DNA of 56,298 bases from Candidatus Omnitrophota bacterium (GCA_003644385.1 QNCD01000002.1:1-56298); one strand, 5' to 3'. Shown: positions 25,901 to 35,045, counted from the stretch's first letter. The notes: generated from the sequence alone by a model not told the origin. Program-made: numbers and translations.

Positions 25901-26834
25901 GAGCTTCAGAGCCAGTAGCTAACATCCTTACCATTGCAGGACCAGCTCTCAATCCAAACAATTTCATTGTTTGTTCAGTAGTAATACCAGCTTTGTTTAA
26001 TGTTTCAATTATTTCAGTAAATTTGTGTGTAGTTGGTGACACATCTTCGATAGTAAGATTTAATTCAGCTAAAGTATCTCTCATTTCTTTGGTAGGATCC
26101 ATTAATCTACTTAAAGCTCCTCTGAGAGCTGTACCTGCCATACTGGCATCTATACCAGCATTATATAATACACCTAATGCAGCCGCTGTTTCTTCTAAAG
26201 TATAACCTAAACCAGCTGCTACAGGGCCGACATATTGCATAGAAATTCCTAATCTGTCCATTGTGGCTTGTGAAGAACCTATTATTGCTGCAAAAGTATT
26301 AGCTACTTTAGTAGCATCTTCAGCTTGCATTTCAAATTGATTTAAAGTAGAAACTACTATTCTTGTTGTTTCAGCTAAATCATATTGTGTAGCAGCAGCG
26401 AGATCCAAAGTTCCTGGTAAAGCCTTCATCATTTTATTAACATCATATCCAGCACTGGCCAAGTAATACATTGCATCAGCTGCTTGAGAAGCCGAGAATA
26501 CGGTATCAGCTCCCATTTTCCTGGCAAATTCACTCAATTCTTTCATCTGTTCAGAAGTGGCTCCAGCGACAGCTCCAACATTTGCCATAGAATATTCAAA
26601 TTTCCCAGCAGTATGTAAAGCAAATCCTAAACCAGCAACAATTGCCCCACCAGCTACAGTAGCAGCAAGTCCCATACTTCTGAAGTGCTGCTCGTTCTTT
26701 TTAACGAAATCCCTTAGTCCTTTAGATTTTATTTCAGCTTGTTCAACTTTACTGCTATAATCTCTTAAAGGCTTGCTGTAAGCATCAATAATTGCTAACT
26801 TGAGACCAAAACCTTCTCCAATATTAACAGGCAA
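22968..26834 (-). CDS. tail tape measure protein
   Basis: 1288 aa. N-terminal TP901-type core (GADTVFSASQAADAMYYLASAGYD), hydrophobic Gly/Ala-rich segments, internal tandem repeats, and a C-terminal LVGEGGRPEAIIPLEGG motif. Follows the chaperone pair. Confidence 0.9.
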   Translation of the reverse strand: MPVNIGEGFGLKLAIIDAYSKPLRDYSSKVEQAEIKSKGLRDFVKKNEQHFRSMGLAATVAGGAIVAGLGFALHTAGKFEYSMANVGAVAGATSEQMKELSEFARKMGADTVFSASQAADAMYYLASAGYDVNKMMKALPGTLDLAAATQYDLAETTRIVVSTLNQFEMQAEDATKVANTFAAIIGSSQATMDRLGISMQYVGPVAAGLGYTLEETAAALGVLYNAGIDASMAGTALRGALSRLMDPTKEMRDTLAELNLTIEDVSPTTHKFTEIIETLNKAGITTEQTMKLFGLRAGPAMVRMLATGSEALKELENRITGTNKAAEMSERQINTWQGTLKLLKSAVEEVQLVLGDVLLPTLTPMIKNIKDIVRSIGEWTKAHPKITSALVKFAMVLGGLLAVGGPLLMMAPTIMKTVGAIGFFISVLSKLGPALMAAFAGMGPGGWIILGLTVAAAGLYLLYQRSETFRKSVQKAGAYIEWFGRIIIESFKSVGINIGNFIDWFISNFPNIFIDAGKAVLTVFTNLGKNITSWVGWVIKKLNPKNWFKKIEPPDWTPLLEGFKPVTEKLPKMVGVSVDRAFTILENRLEEVEKNINETSRSALDAASSTSQLADEFGQGAEESGKFKRELSNLNKELVKLDENIESIIGLELAEWVEESRVEWQMFYELLLRKFPETPAYGLAGLILLSKDFAGYIEKARLAYQEMYDLMSRKFPDAPAYGFSTTMALAKDFAMYIEEARGKYQEMYDLMSRKFPESPAYGISDVTEKLKDFAIWVESARLGWQEFYNILSRKFPEPPAYGISNIIELSKDFAVYIEGARQEYQEMYNLMSRKFPEPPAYGIPDITEKSKDFAVHIEKARMAWKEFYDVLSRKFPEAPAYGISTLIELAKDFATYIEKSRLAWQEFYNLFFRKFPEAPAYGLSDISTKGSEFIYWMEGARQSWGEMYDLMSRKFPEAPAYGISTTIVATDSLIEAMDRARGSVSKFYKKFYEWEKIVAPVKTALGEVTDEILESTITWREMFAGFYEDMKGRFVPVVEEWMRGLSTWEDFTNRIWEEIKTSFYRSVAEMASEWIAKQVMMTLATIAGAKTRQKVEEKSILAIVAKYLWGMGVMLAKTVFTVMKEIALFTAKAAAAAYAAFAGIPFVGPILGLAAAGAVVAGIGRLVAGIIGFEKGGMAKGGFEPLEAQGGAIVTKPTLGLVGEGGRPEAIIPLEGGAVPVKLIGGRAGNIIRFGDINVTIELPNVDLENLDQSKINRIFRLKFIPAIKDAARSGILSSDLVGELVAR
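23930..24890 (-). repeat. eight in-frame 120-bp (40-aa) tandem repeats inside the tape measure gene
   Basis: The RKFPE(A/P/S/T)PAYG core recurs with an exact 120-nt period. On the plus strand the TCxGGRAAYTT cores lie near 23963, 24083, 24203, 24323, 24443, 24563, 24683 and 24803. Confidence 0.9.
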
Positions 26835-27086
26835 CTAAAACCTCCTCCTTCTATATAACCCTTTACTCCTTTCCTCAGCTTCTCTTAATTTTTGTTCTAA
26901 CCTCATTTCTTTTTCTCTTTTTTTTCTTTCTTCTTCTAATTTTTCATTTCTCCATTTATCATAATATTTCCATTCTACAAACTCCTTAGCACTCATTCGC
27001 ATCCCCAATTCAGCTCGGGTCATGCCTAATCTTTCAGCTAATACAAAAGAGTAAATAAAATCTTCATCTGTCTCAAAACCTGCTCC
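26835..27086 (-). CDS. tail assembly chaperone T-like extension, probably expressed only as a +1 frameshift fusion with 27073..27453
   Basis: This frame is open from 27086 with no start codon before 27023. It overlaps the last four codons of the upstream gene and lies directly before the tape measure, as the G/GT pair does in siphophages. Confidence 0.45.
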   Translation of the reverse strand, partial: GAGFETDEDFIYSFVLAERLGMTRAELGMRMSAKEFVEWKYYDKWRNEKLEEERKKREKEMRLEQKLREAEERSKGLYRRRRF

Positions 27087-27453
27087 TTAAAGCTTCCTCC
27101 ATTTCAGCCCCAAAACCAGAGAGCTCAGTTATTTTTCTTGTGATTCTATCTAATACTGAAGCATTCTTTTCTCTCAATTTTTTAATGTCAGCCTTAGTAA
27201 ATACTTGATTACCGTCCTTGTCTCGAATGCCAACTATCAATACAGCCATTTGAAAATTTTCTCCTCTTTTTAGCTCATCTTCATCTCCAGTTCTGGCTGC
27301 TTCTAATGCTTCGCTTCTCTCTTGCTGAGTGAGTGATTTAATCCAAATAGTCACTCCCCATTCCTCAATTTTCATTGGCTCAAATTTAATATCTTTTGCT
27401 GTGAAAATTTTCTCTCTAAGCTCCTCAGCTGTTAAATCTTTTTTTGCTGTCAT
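27073..27453 (-). CDS. tail assembly chaperone (G-like)
   Basis: 126-aa acidic protein between the tube-like genes and the tape measure. It ends in AAGGAG-CAGG-TTT-TGA. Confidence 0.55.
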   Translation of the reverse strand: MTAKKDLTAEELREKIFTAKDIKFEPMKIEEWGVTIWIKSLTQQERSEALEAARTGDEDELKRGENFQMAVLIVGIRDKDGNQVFTKADIKKLREKNASVLDRITRKITELSGFGAEMEEALRSRF

Positions 27454-27464
27454 TATTCTCTCCT

Positions 27465-27773
27465 TTAATAATTTATAAATCGTGGAGGCTCAGTAGCAAC
27501 AAAAATCAATCTCGATTTTAATGTTTTACCGACTTGTGGCTGTCCTCTGGGTTTACATTTAATTAATATCTTGCTGGATCCAGCCAATAAAGATAATTCA
27601 TATTCACAGTCAGGCTCATACCAATATTCATTAAAATAGTATGAGTCTACCTGAACTTCTATAGGATTTCCAGTCATTGAAAACTCCCACTCACCAACAC
27701 TACCTACTACCAAGCCTCCACGTAATATATGACCAATTTTTCCTTTAATTACAGACTCACCAAACACATTCAC
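27465..27773 (-). CDS. hypothetical tail protein (possibly tube-like paralogue)
   Basis: 102 aa. VGEWEFSMTGNPIEVQ loosely parallels HGWSLSFSRDIVDT of the adjacent tube-like protein. Confidence 0.35.
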   Translation of the reverse strand: MNVFGESVIKGKIGHILRGGLVVGSVGEWEFSMTGNPIEVQVDSYYFNEYWYEPDCEYELSLLAGSSKILIKCKPRGQPQVGKTLKSRLIFVATEPPRFINY

Positions 27774-27780
27774 CTCCTAA

Positions 27781-28179
27781 CTAAAAACCAGATTCATGCA
27801 ACTGTCCAACTCCAGTCAAAGTCCCTGAAATATCAATAGCACCATCCACAGGCACATCAAGATCAAAATCACACCAAGCATCACCATAAAAATATTTGGT
27901 CAAATCACTTTTTTCTGGATACAGATACACATCCTTTTCAGTAGTAGAATTCACCACATCATAAAACTTACCCACATTGGCTCTATCATAATAAGCAGAG
28001 AAACTACCAGACCAGCTACCCTGACCTCTTACTGAATCTTTATATTCTTCTCCCTGCTGTGGTGTATCAACTATATCTCTGGAAAAACTTAGGCTCCAAC
28101 CATGTAGCTGATCTACCACTCCTATCCCTTCAATAATCAAATACCCACCTTTTCCGTGAACCTTAGAAATTTTAACCAC
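27781..28179 (-). CDS. major tail (tube) protein
   Basis: 132 aa. GWSLSFSRDIVDTPQQGEEYKDSVRGQGSWSGSFSAYYD resembles TP901-1-type tail tube motifs. Located upstream of the chaperones. Confidence 0.5.
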   Translation of the reverse strand: MVKISKVHGKGGYLIIEGIGVVDQLHGWSLSFSRDIVDTPQQGEEYKDSVRGQGSWSGSFSAYYDRANVGKFYDVVNSTTEKDVYLYPEKSDLTKYFYGDAWCDFDLDVPVDGAIDISGTLTGVGQLHESGF

Positions 28180-28210
28180 CCCCTTTTAATTTTTGAAACA
28201 CTTTATTCTT

Positions 28211-29314
28211 TTATAATTTAACAAGTTGTAAAAGCTTTTCAGCTCTATTTAAATATGTGTGTTTCTTAATTTTTCTGTTACCACTTTGAGCAATTTTTTT
28301 TCTCTCTTCTTCATGTTCCAAATAATAAAATATCTTTTCAGCTGCATCTTTAGCATCTTTATAAATCACAAGATCCTCACCAGGAACAAACAAGTCATCA
28401 ATTTCTTTTCTATAATCAGTCATTAAGAAACCACCAGCAGCTAATATTTCATACACTCTGGGATTTAAGCTGTAAGGCTCTATTTCTTCAACTCGGCTTT
28501 CTCCAGTTTTAATATTCCTTACTATTTTTTTGGACTCATTAACTCTAAAATGATTCAATACTATTTTTGAATTAGCATAGTACCGAATAACTTCATACTT
28601 GCTCAATGTAATTGGAATATAAAAAGGTTCCAGCTGTGGACACAATCCCTTATCTATAGAAGGAAATACTCCAAAAATTTTAAAAGCCACCTTTCCTTTA
28701 ATATAAGAGACCAAATCTGTCAAGAATTCAATTCTTCCAGGCACCTCAGATCCTACAAAAAACAAATCTGGGGTATATACAATTTGTTCCCATCTTTTCA
28801 GTTCAGTTTTCCATTCATAGTGGGAGTTATAACCTACTGGCAAATAATAACTATTCGGATTAAATCTACGATATATTTTCTCACAAGCTTTATCACAAGT
28901 AAACACATAATCATATAATGGTGCTCTTTGAATTTCATGAGCAATATTATAAGGTGACTCCGTAAACCAGATAACCTGTTTCATATGAGGAAATCTCTCC
29001 TTAATCAAAGCTGGCACCCAAGCTGGTATATATTGACCTGTGATATAAATTATCAATTGTGGCCAAAGATGGACAACTGTAGTAATCAGCCCTTGGCAAG
29101 CTGCTGAATAAACATCTTTCCAAGCAACTCTATCATTAGTACCTTTTAAAAAAAATTGCACTGCCTGACGATAAAACTTCAGTCTATCCTTTAACTCAAA
29201 AGGATATACTTCTTGTCCCATCATTTTAAGAGCATCTCCCAATCCATAATAAACATCTATAGTGCTAATGCCGTGACCAGGTGAAACTAACAAAATTCTT
29301 GGCTTTTCTGCCAT
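28211..29314 (-). CDS. GT-B type glycosyltransferase (CgeB/Glyco_trans_1_2-like)
   Basis: C-terminal DAKDAAEKIFYYLEHEEERKKIAQSGNRKIKKHTYLNRAEKLL is typical of the group 1/CgeB-like glycosyltransferase C terminus. Confidence 0.55.
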   Translation of the reverse strand: MAEKPRILLVSPGHGISTIDVYYGLGDALKMMGQEVYPFELKDRLKFYRQAVQFFLKGTNDRVAWKDVYSAACQGLITTVVHLWPQLIIYITGQYIPAWVPALIKERFPHMKQVIWFTESPYNIAHEIQRAPLYDYVFTCDKACEKIYRRFNPNSYYLPVGYNSHYEWKTELKRWEQIVYTPDLFFVGSEVPGRIEFLTDLVSYIKGKVAFKIFGVFPSIDKGLCPQLEPFYIPITLSKYEVIRYYANSKIVLNHFRVNESKKIVRNIKTGESRVEEIEPYSLNPRVYEILAAGGFLMTDYRKEIDDLFVPGEDLVIYKDAKDAAEKIFYYLEHEEERKKIAQSGNRKIKKHTYLNRAEKLLQLVKL

Positions 29315-29325
29315 TTTATCCTCCT

Positions 29326-29964
29326 TTAATATCCATCAACTCTCCGCCCCAACCAGGCAAAAGCTGGTTGCCCGATCTTGTTCCTCCACTTCCTCCAACC
29401 ATATCTTACAAGTCTGGATACAATACATTCAAAATGATTATCAACTATATTTCTAAACCAGCTGTATGTTAAACTGTGTTTGTGTGCTGGATGTGGGTTA
29501 ATTATACTATTATTTATACAACAATGAACAGCTAAAAAACCTCCTGGTCTCAATATTCTCCACATTTCTTTGATAGCTTTAGTTGGATTTTCAAAATGGT
29601 CCAAAGCATTCATACACAGAACCAAATGAGCAAAGTTATCATCCAGTGGCAAATTCTCTGCTACTCCCTGAATCCAAACTATAGATGTATCTCTGGGAAT
29701 CAATTTAACATATTCGTCAATTAGAGGGTCAACAGCAACTTTCATAATAGCTTCTGGTATATATACTAAAGCTGAAATTGGTCCACTACCTACATCAACA
29801 ATTATTTTATTGTCCAATCTCAGCAGGTTAACCCCCATTTCTTCCAGCATCTTTGGATACCTAACTTTTTCTCTCTCAAGTTTTTCCCATCTTTTTTCTT
29901 CATCTGATAATAGCCAAGTTGATAATTCAGCTTTCAATATTTCATTCATTTGGCACACTCCCAA
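29326..29964 (-). CDS. class I SAM-dependent methyltransferase
   Basis: Motif I VDVGSGP, an acidic loop VAVDP, and post-II WRILRPGGFLAV. Confidence 0.8.
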   Translation of the reverse strand: MGVCQMNEILKAELSTWLLSDEEKRWEKLEREKVRYPKMLEEMGVNLLRLDNKIIVDVGSGPISALVYIPEAIMKVAVDPLIDEYVKLIPRDTSIVWIQGVAENLPLDDNFAHLVLCMNALDHFENPTKAIKEMWRILRPGGFLAVHCCINNSIINPHPAHKHSLTYSWFRNIVDNHFECIVSRLVRYGWRKWRNKIGQPAFAWLGRRVDGY

Positions 29965-30709
29965 AAATTAAAGGTTTTTTGCTAACCCCTACTTCTTTAC
30001 CTTTCCATCTCATGCTTGTAAAAGGTTCACCAAACCCAAAATTGGTCACTAAGTCTATTTTTGGCAAAGCTATCCAATACCCTTCTTTTTTTAAGTGCAT
30101 TTTGTATTCATAGTCTTCTCCAAATGCCCACGAGCCTTCAATAAAATCTCCATATTTTTCATATATCTCTCTCCTAAAAGCCATTGCTGAGCCAACCTGA
30201 TCCTCGTGAATTTCAATAGTCAAACCATCTCTGGTAACTTCTTTAACCAACATTTTTCTCCAATCACAAGGGTCATACCAATATTTGAACAATCCCAAAA
30301 CCCCAATCTCTGGAAATGTTTCAAGAATTGCCACAGCTTTTTCAAGCCACAAAGGCTTAAATTCCAAATCAGAGTCCAACTTGAACAAATATTTTCCGTG
30401 AGCACAATGGAAACCTTTATTAATTGATGCTCCTACTCCTTGATTCTTGCCTGCATTTAGAATTAAACAGCTTAATTCTTTAGCTTTATATAACCTTAAA
30501 AGAAATTCCACATTCTCCTCTTCCATCGAACCATCATCTACTATTATGAGTTCGTACGGATATTTGGTATTCTTCTTCAATGAAGCGATTGTAGTATGAA
30601 GAAACTGTGGCCTGTTAAAAGAAAGAACTACCAAACTTGCTAATGGTTTATTTCCTACTGTAATGTATGGTATTCTATTTTCTTTATCATCTAAAAATTT
30701 CTTTTGCAT
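29942..30709 (-). CDS. family 2 glycosyltransferase
   Basis: VVLSFNRPQFL ... IIVDDGS ... KLDSD, the GT-A DxD-type signature. Confidence 0.8.
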   Translation of the reverse strand: MQKKFLDDKENRIPYITVGNKPLASLVVLSFNRPQFLHTTIASLKKNTKYPYELIIVDDGSMEEENVEFLLRLYKAKELSCLILNAGKNQGVGASINKGFHCAHGKYLFKLDSDLEFKPLWLEKAVAILETFPEIGVLGLFKYWYDPCDWRKMLVKEVTRDGLTIEIHEDQVGSAMAFRREIYEKYGDFIEGSWAFGEDYEYKMHLKKEGYWIALPKIDLVTNFGFGEPFTSMRWKGKEVGVSKKPLIFGSVPNE

Positions 30710-31230
30710 TATTTAACTGCCATCAAAGTTGTAAATAAACCTTCGCCTTGAACAAAATTTTTCAATACTTCAAATCTGGCTTTAACTCCGTAAGCTTCTC
30801 TGTCTCTATTATCAGCTGAAGGCAGCCACCATGACCATAAATCTGGGTGAATTAATCTTTTGTGGTCAGGATGTGCATATGCATATTTAGATGTCCACAG
30901 AGGATTAATCATTTCTAATATGCCTTTTCTTTTCAGTACTCTCCAAATCTCCTCCATAACAAAAATCAAGTTGTTCACATGCTCCATAAAATGTGAAGCA
31001 AAAATAAAATCTATAGTACAATCTCCAAAAGGCAAACCATGTTTATCCACATCCCTAACAATATCAACTCCAGGATATTTATAATTATCAATTCCTATAA
31101 AACCAGGAGGAATTTGCCTTTTTCTATCTCCACAGCCAAGATCAACTTTCACACAATTTGGATTTGTTAATGGTAAAGCTATTGAATCACTACTTGTTAA
31201 TCTCAACTTAACTTGAATACTTTCAATCAT
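30709..31230 (-). CDS. class I SAM-dependent methyltransferase (paralogue of the MTase domains at 41..490 and 53631..54059)
   Basis: VDLGCGD, MEHV, WRVLKRKG and HPDHKR motifs are shared with the other two copies. Confidence 0.75.
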   Translation of the reverse strand: MIESIQVKLRLTSSDSIALPLTNPNCVKVDLGCGDRKRQIPPGFIGIDNYKYPGVDIVRDVDKHGLPFGDCTIDFIFASHFMEHVNNLIFVMEEIWRVLKRKGILEMINPLWTSKYAYAHPDHKRLIHPDLWSWWLPSADNRDREAYGVKARFEVLKNFVQGEGLFTTLMAVK

Positions 31231-32258
31231 AGTATGCTACAAACCCTTTTTCTATTTTTGTGTGCCCAATCCCAAATTATGTCTATTACTTGTTTTGGAT
31301 TGAGTTTTGGCTGCCAATACTTCGAGACTTTCCTGATATCACTTACATATACCAAGTGGTCAGCTGGCCTCCAATTTTGATACACCACTCTATATGGCCG
31401 TTGGTCTAAATTAGATAGATATTCCAATACTTCAATCAGTGATACAGTATTATTAGGTCCACCACCAACATTATACACTTGGCCTTTGTGTATATCTATA
31501 TCTTCAATCTCTTTCAAAAACAAATCAGCCAAATCTCCAACATATAACACATCTCTAACTTGCTTACCATCACCATAAATATTTATCACAGCATCAACCA
31601 TTTTAGCATAAACAAACCAAGATACCCACCCTTGTTCTTCTTTACCAAGCTGCCTTTCCCCAGCTATACAGCTCATCCTATTCACAACAGTAGGAACACC
31701 ATAAGTATGATAATATTCTTGGCAATATCTATCTCCTATATATTTAGAACAACCATATGGGCTATAAGCGGCTCTACCTCCAGAGTCAACTGGAAAACCT
31801 TCAGGGATACCTAAAATAAATTTTTTGTCTATCCATTTTCTCTTATTGTCAAAGATCTTAGATTGAATTTCATTTACTTCACAAGAATAAACTTTATTAG
31901 TGCTACAATAAATTACTGGTATTTTACCATTATTCTTGGCCAACTCAAGCACATTTAAAGTACCTAAAGCATTTACTTCAAAGTCATAAATGGGATCTTC
32001 AATTGAAGCTGGAACTCCTGGCTGTGCTGCTGTGTGAATAATGGCATCAACATTTTTAATTCTGGACAGCTGGTCATAATTCCTTACATCTCCCTTTATA
32101 AAAACAAAATTATGATTTTTGCTCAATTCCTCTAAGTTGCTTTCTGAGCCTTTTCTGCACAAATTGTCAAAAGCAACCACACTGTACCCTCTACTTAAAG
32201 CTTTCAATGCCACATTTGTACCAATAAAACCACAGCCACCAGTAATTAATATTAGCAT
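31227..32258 (-). CDS. NAD-dependent sugar-nucleotide epimerase (CDP-paratose 2-epimerase-like extended SDR)
   Basis: ILITGGCGFIGTNVALKALSRGYSVVAFDNLCRKGSESNLEEL closely follows the RfbE/tyvelose-epimerase N terminus. Catalytic YGCSK (YxxxK) is present. Confidence 0.7.
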   Translation of the reverse strand: MLILITGGCGFIGTNVALKALSRGYSVVAFDNLCRKGSESNLEELSKNHNFVFIKGDVRNYDQLSRIKNVDAIIHTAAQPGVPASIEDPIYDFEVNALGTLNVLELAKNNGKIPVIYCSTNKVYSCEVNEIQSKIFDNKRKWIDKKFILGIPEGFPVDSGGRAAYSPYGCSKYIGDRYCQEYYHTYGVPTVVNRMSCIAGERQLGKEEQGWVSWFVYAKMVDAVINIYGDGKQVRDVLYVGDLADLFLKEIEDIDIHKGQVYNVGGGPNNTVSLIEVLEYLSNLDQRPYRVVYQNWRPADHLVYVSDIRKVSKYWQPKLNPKQVIDIIWDWAHKNRKRVCSIL

Positions 32259-33083
32259 CTATGCTCTCCTTTCATTCTTAACATATTCTCCAATACATTC
32301 TGGAATCACTTCCTCAATATTTCTTACTTTAAAGCCCGATTGTTCAAGTTTTTGAGTGGACAAAATCAGATTAGTCCTATTAAGTCCCAATTCCTCAAAG
32401 TCAATAACTTTATATTCAAACTCTGGGTGTGCTTTTTTGTAATATTCCATTAATTGTGGGTATCTTAGCCCACCTTTATTAACAACATTATATATTCCTC
32501 TTGCATCAATTGAAATCAAATGTTCTACAGCTTTTATAAAGTCAGGGATATATGTAATAGAATTTGGAATATCTATAACTTTTTTATATTTAATTAGCTT
32601 AGTCAGAAGATTATGTGAATGAACCTTTATATCCAGAGGAATTCTAATCCTGACGATTAAAATTGGGTAACTTTTAGCTAAAACTGATAATGCCCTTTCT
32701 GCATAGATTTTGGATCTTGAATAAAAAAGCTTGAAATAATCTGGCGGTAAATTCTCTGTGATCTCAGACCCATGATAATGATAAATACAACCACTGCTAA
32801 TATGAACCATTTTAATTCCTTTCCTAATAGCAATTTCAGCTAAAATAATAGGAATTGCCACATTAGCAAATATTGTTTTATCTTTATCCAGTTCACAGTC
32901 ATCAACATTATTAACTCCTGTATAACCTATACAATTGATTATAATTGATGGTGAATACTTTTGGATCTCATTCTCAGCATCCTCAAAAGTATAAATCTTA
33001 CGATCTGATATTTCACATTGTAACCCCTCCAAAAGCCTACCGCCTATAAATCCCTTACCGATTATTAGAATTTTTTGTTTCAT
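32259..33083 (-). CDS. RmlD-like NAD(P)-dependent sugar-nucleotide 4-reductase/epimerase
   Basis: ILIIGKGFIGGRL Rossmann motif, YSRSK catalytic YxxxK, and a size of 274 aa typical of the RmlD substrate-binding family. Confidence 0.55.
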   Translation of the reverse strand: MKQKILIIGKGFIGGRLLEGLQCEISDRKIYTFEDAENEIQKYSPSIIINCIGYTGVNNVDDCELDKDKTIFANVAIPIILAEIAIRKGIKMVHISSGCIYHYHGSEITENLPPDYFKLFYSRSKIYAERALSVLAKSYPILIVRIRIPLDIKVHSHNLLTKLIKYKKVIDIPNSITYIPDFIKAVEHLISIDARGIYNVVNKGGLRYPQLMEYYKKAHPEFEYKVIDFEELGLNRTNLILSTQKLEQSGFKVRNIEEVIPECIGEYVKNERRA

Positions 33084-33570
33084 TTTCTATAACCTTTGAT
33101 GCCTCCAATAAATTTGCAGCAATTGTTGGACTTAAAGGACTCTTAACCAAAATGCTCCTGCAGCCCAAAGTATCAGCAGCTACTAAATCAGACAGACTAT
33201 CTCCTATTACATATGATTCCTTAATATCTATATTCCAATCTCTAATAGCTTTCACAAACATACCCAATTTCGGCTTTCTGTCACTACTATAATCTGGACA
33301 GACATAAATCGCATCTATAGCTATTCCAAACTTTTCAAACCCTTTTTTCAAATGCTCATGAATAGCTTTTACTTCTTGATCCGTCACTTTTCCAAGACAT
33401 ATACCAGCTTGATTTGTAACAATAATTATCAGATAACCCAATTTCTTAAGTCTTTTCAGAGCACCAATAACTCCAGGGAGGACCTTAAAATCTTCAGCCT
33501 TATTAACATATTTTCCTGGCTCAACACGATTAATCACCCCATCTCTATCTAAAAATACTGCTTTATTCAT
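33055..33570 (-). CDS. gmhB: D-glycero-D-manno-heptose 1,7-bisphosphate phosphatase (HAD, GmhB-like)
   Basis: FLDRDGVIN (HAD motif I), IVTNQAG (motif II), RKPKLGM and GDSLSDL (motifs III/IV). Confidence 0.75.
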   Translation of the reverse strand: MNKAVFLDRDGVINRVEPGKYVNKAEDFKVLPGVIGALKRLKKLGYLIIIVTNQAGICLGKVTDQEVKAIHEHLKKGFEKFGIAIDAIYVCPDYSSDRKPKLGMFVKAIRDWNIDIKESYVIGDSLSDLVAADTLGCRSILVKSPLSPTIAANLLEASKVIENETKNSNNR

Positions 33571-33571
33571 T

Positions 33572-34108
33572 TTATTCTCTGTCCTTCAAATAATTTGAAA
33601 TTGCATGCGCTATGGCAAGATGTATATCTTCTACCATTTCATAGCTCTTTAAACCAATCCCTAAATACTTATCGCAATATTCAGCTACCTGTCCACTACC
33701 CGAAAAACCCAACAAAGCAAATACAGTCATTCCAATCTTTTTAGCAACTTTTGCTGCTTCAACCAAATTCTTCGAATTACCAGAAACTGAAATTATAACC
33801 AATATATCTTGGTCAGTACCAAACAATTTCAGCTGCTCTGAATAACTTTTTGAAAAATCTATATCATTTGACAAAGCTGTTACCAAGCCTGAATTGTCAA
33901 CCAGCGAGATAGCTCTAATACCACAGTTCTTCGCCAAGTCAGTAGCGAAATGGCTCGCAGTTTCAGCAGATCCACCATTCCCAACAATATATATTTTACC
34001 TTCACATATTTTCATATACTCAGCCATATAGCCAATATCATCTATATAATCAGCAATTGACTCCAAGAAATAAGCTGTCAAATGAGCAAAATAATCATCA
34101 ATTTTCAT
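33572..34108 (-). CDS. gmhA: phosphoheptose (sedoheptulose-7-phosphate) isomerase, SIS domain
   Basis: GNGGSAETASHFATDL, SNDIDF, ISVSGNSKN and EDIHLAIAH align with conserved GmhA blocks. Confidence 0.85.
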   Translation of the reverse strand: MKIDDYFAHLTAYFLESIADYIDDIGYMAEYMKICEGKIYIVGNGGSAETASHFATDLAKNCGIRAISLVDNSGLVTALSNDIDFSKSYSEQLKLFGTDQDILVIISVSGNSKNLVEAAKVAKKIGMTVFALLGFSGSGQVAEYCDKYLGIGLKSYEMVEDIHLAIAHAISNYLKDRE

Positions 34109-35034
34109 GTTATTCCCAAAACCTCCCTCTTAATCCATTCAGCTGTCAGTCTAATTGCCTCCTCTGGTGGTACTTTTGGATTATAACCCAGCACTCTTCT
34201 TGCTTTTTCATTGGAAAATAGCTCCCTCTGTCCAAACTCACCAGGTCTATAAGGCTTTTCAATAATTGGCACTCTTTTCCCGCAAGCTTTCATGCACAAC
34301 TCAGCTATATCTCTCACTTTCAGCTCTTGACCATAGCTAACCTGAAATTTTTCTCCGACCACTTTTTCCTTTGGTGCTTGAATAGCTAACTCCCAAGCGT
34401 CCAAAACATCATCAACATAAGTAGTATCTCTTGTTTGGTCGCCTCCTTCCAGAATTATTGGTTTATTTCTCAAAATATTATAAATCCATTTGAATACAAA
34501 AATTTCCCTTCTCATGCCAGGACCACAAATATATCCATTACTCATCACCACAATTGGAACCTTATAACTCCTATACCACGCCCAACAAGCCAACTCCTGT
34601 GCACATTTACTCCAGGAATAAGGATTGTGTGGCATTAAGGGATGATCTTCATCTATAGGTAAATACAATGGTCTACCCCATTCATTTCCACTGCCAGCAT
34701 ATATTAATTTCTCAATTTTGACTTTTCTGGCTGCTTCCAACAATGCCACTGTACCCATAGCATTTTCCCAAGCAGTCCAGACTGGAGAAGGAAAGCCCAT
34801 TGGCACATCCGCTTGTGCACAGAAGTGAACAACAATATCATGGCCTTCAATATCTTCAGGTTGAATATCATGAACAGCTTTCCACAAATAATTTAGTTTT
34901 GGATTATCAATATCTAAACCTGAATGCAAAGGAGCCACAATATCCAGAGCTGTTACTTCATAACCTTTTTTCAGCAGCCTCTTAGTTAACCCAGATCCAC
35001 CAAAACCAGCTGCTCCAGTAATTAGTACTTTCAA
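34105..35034 (-). CDS. NAD-dependent sugar-nucleotide epimerase/dehydratase (extended SDR)
   Basis: VLITGAAGFGGSGL Rossmann motif and YSWSK catalytic YxxxK. Embedded within the heptose pathway genes. Confidence 0.75.
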   Translation of the reverse strand: MKVLITGAAGFGGSGLTKRLLKKGYEVTALDIVAPLHSGLDIDNPKLNYLWKAVHDIQPEDIEGHDIVVHFCAQADVPMGFPSPVWTAWENAMGTVALLEAARKVKIEKLIYAGSGNEWGRPLYLPIDEDHPLMPHNPYSWSKCAQELACWAWYRSYKVPIVVMSNGYICGPGMRREIFVFKWIYNILRNKPIILEGGDQTRDTTYVDDVLDAWELAIQAPKEKVVGEKFQVSYGQELKVRDIAELCMKACGKRVPIIEKPYRPGEFGQRELFSNEKARRVLGYNPKVPPEEAIRLTAEWIKREVLGIT

Positions 35035-35045
35035 GGTATACCTCC

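Noticed and set aside
27021-27023. Independent initiation of the 62-aa ORF 26835..27023 at its ATG
   Set aside because: Not excluded, but there is no SD sequence in the 15 nt upstream (GCTGAAAGATTAGGC). The frame is also open for 21 further codons up to the overlap with the upstream stop. The frameshift fusion is therefore the preferred reading.
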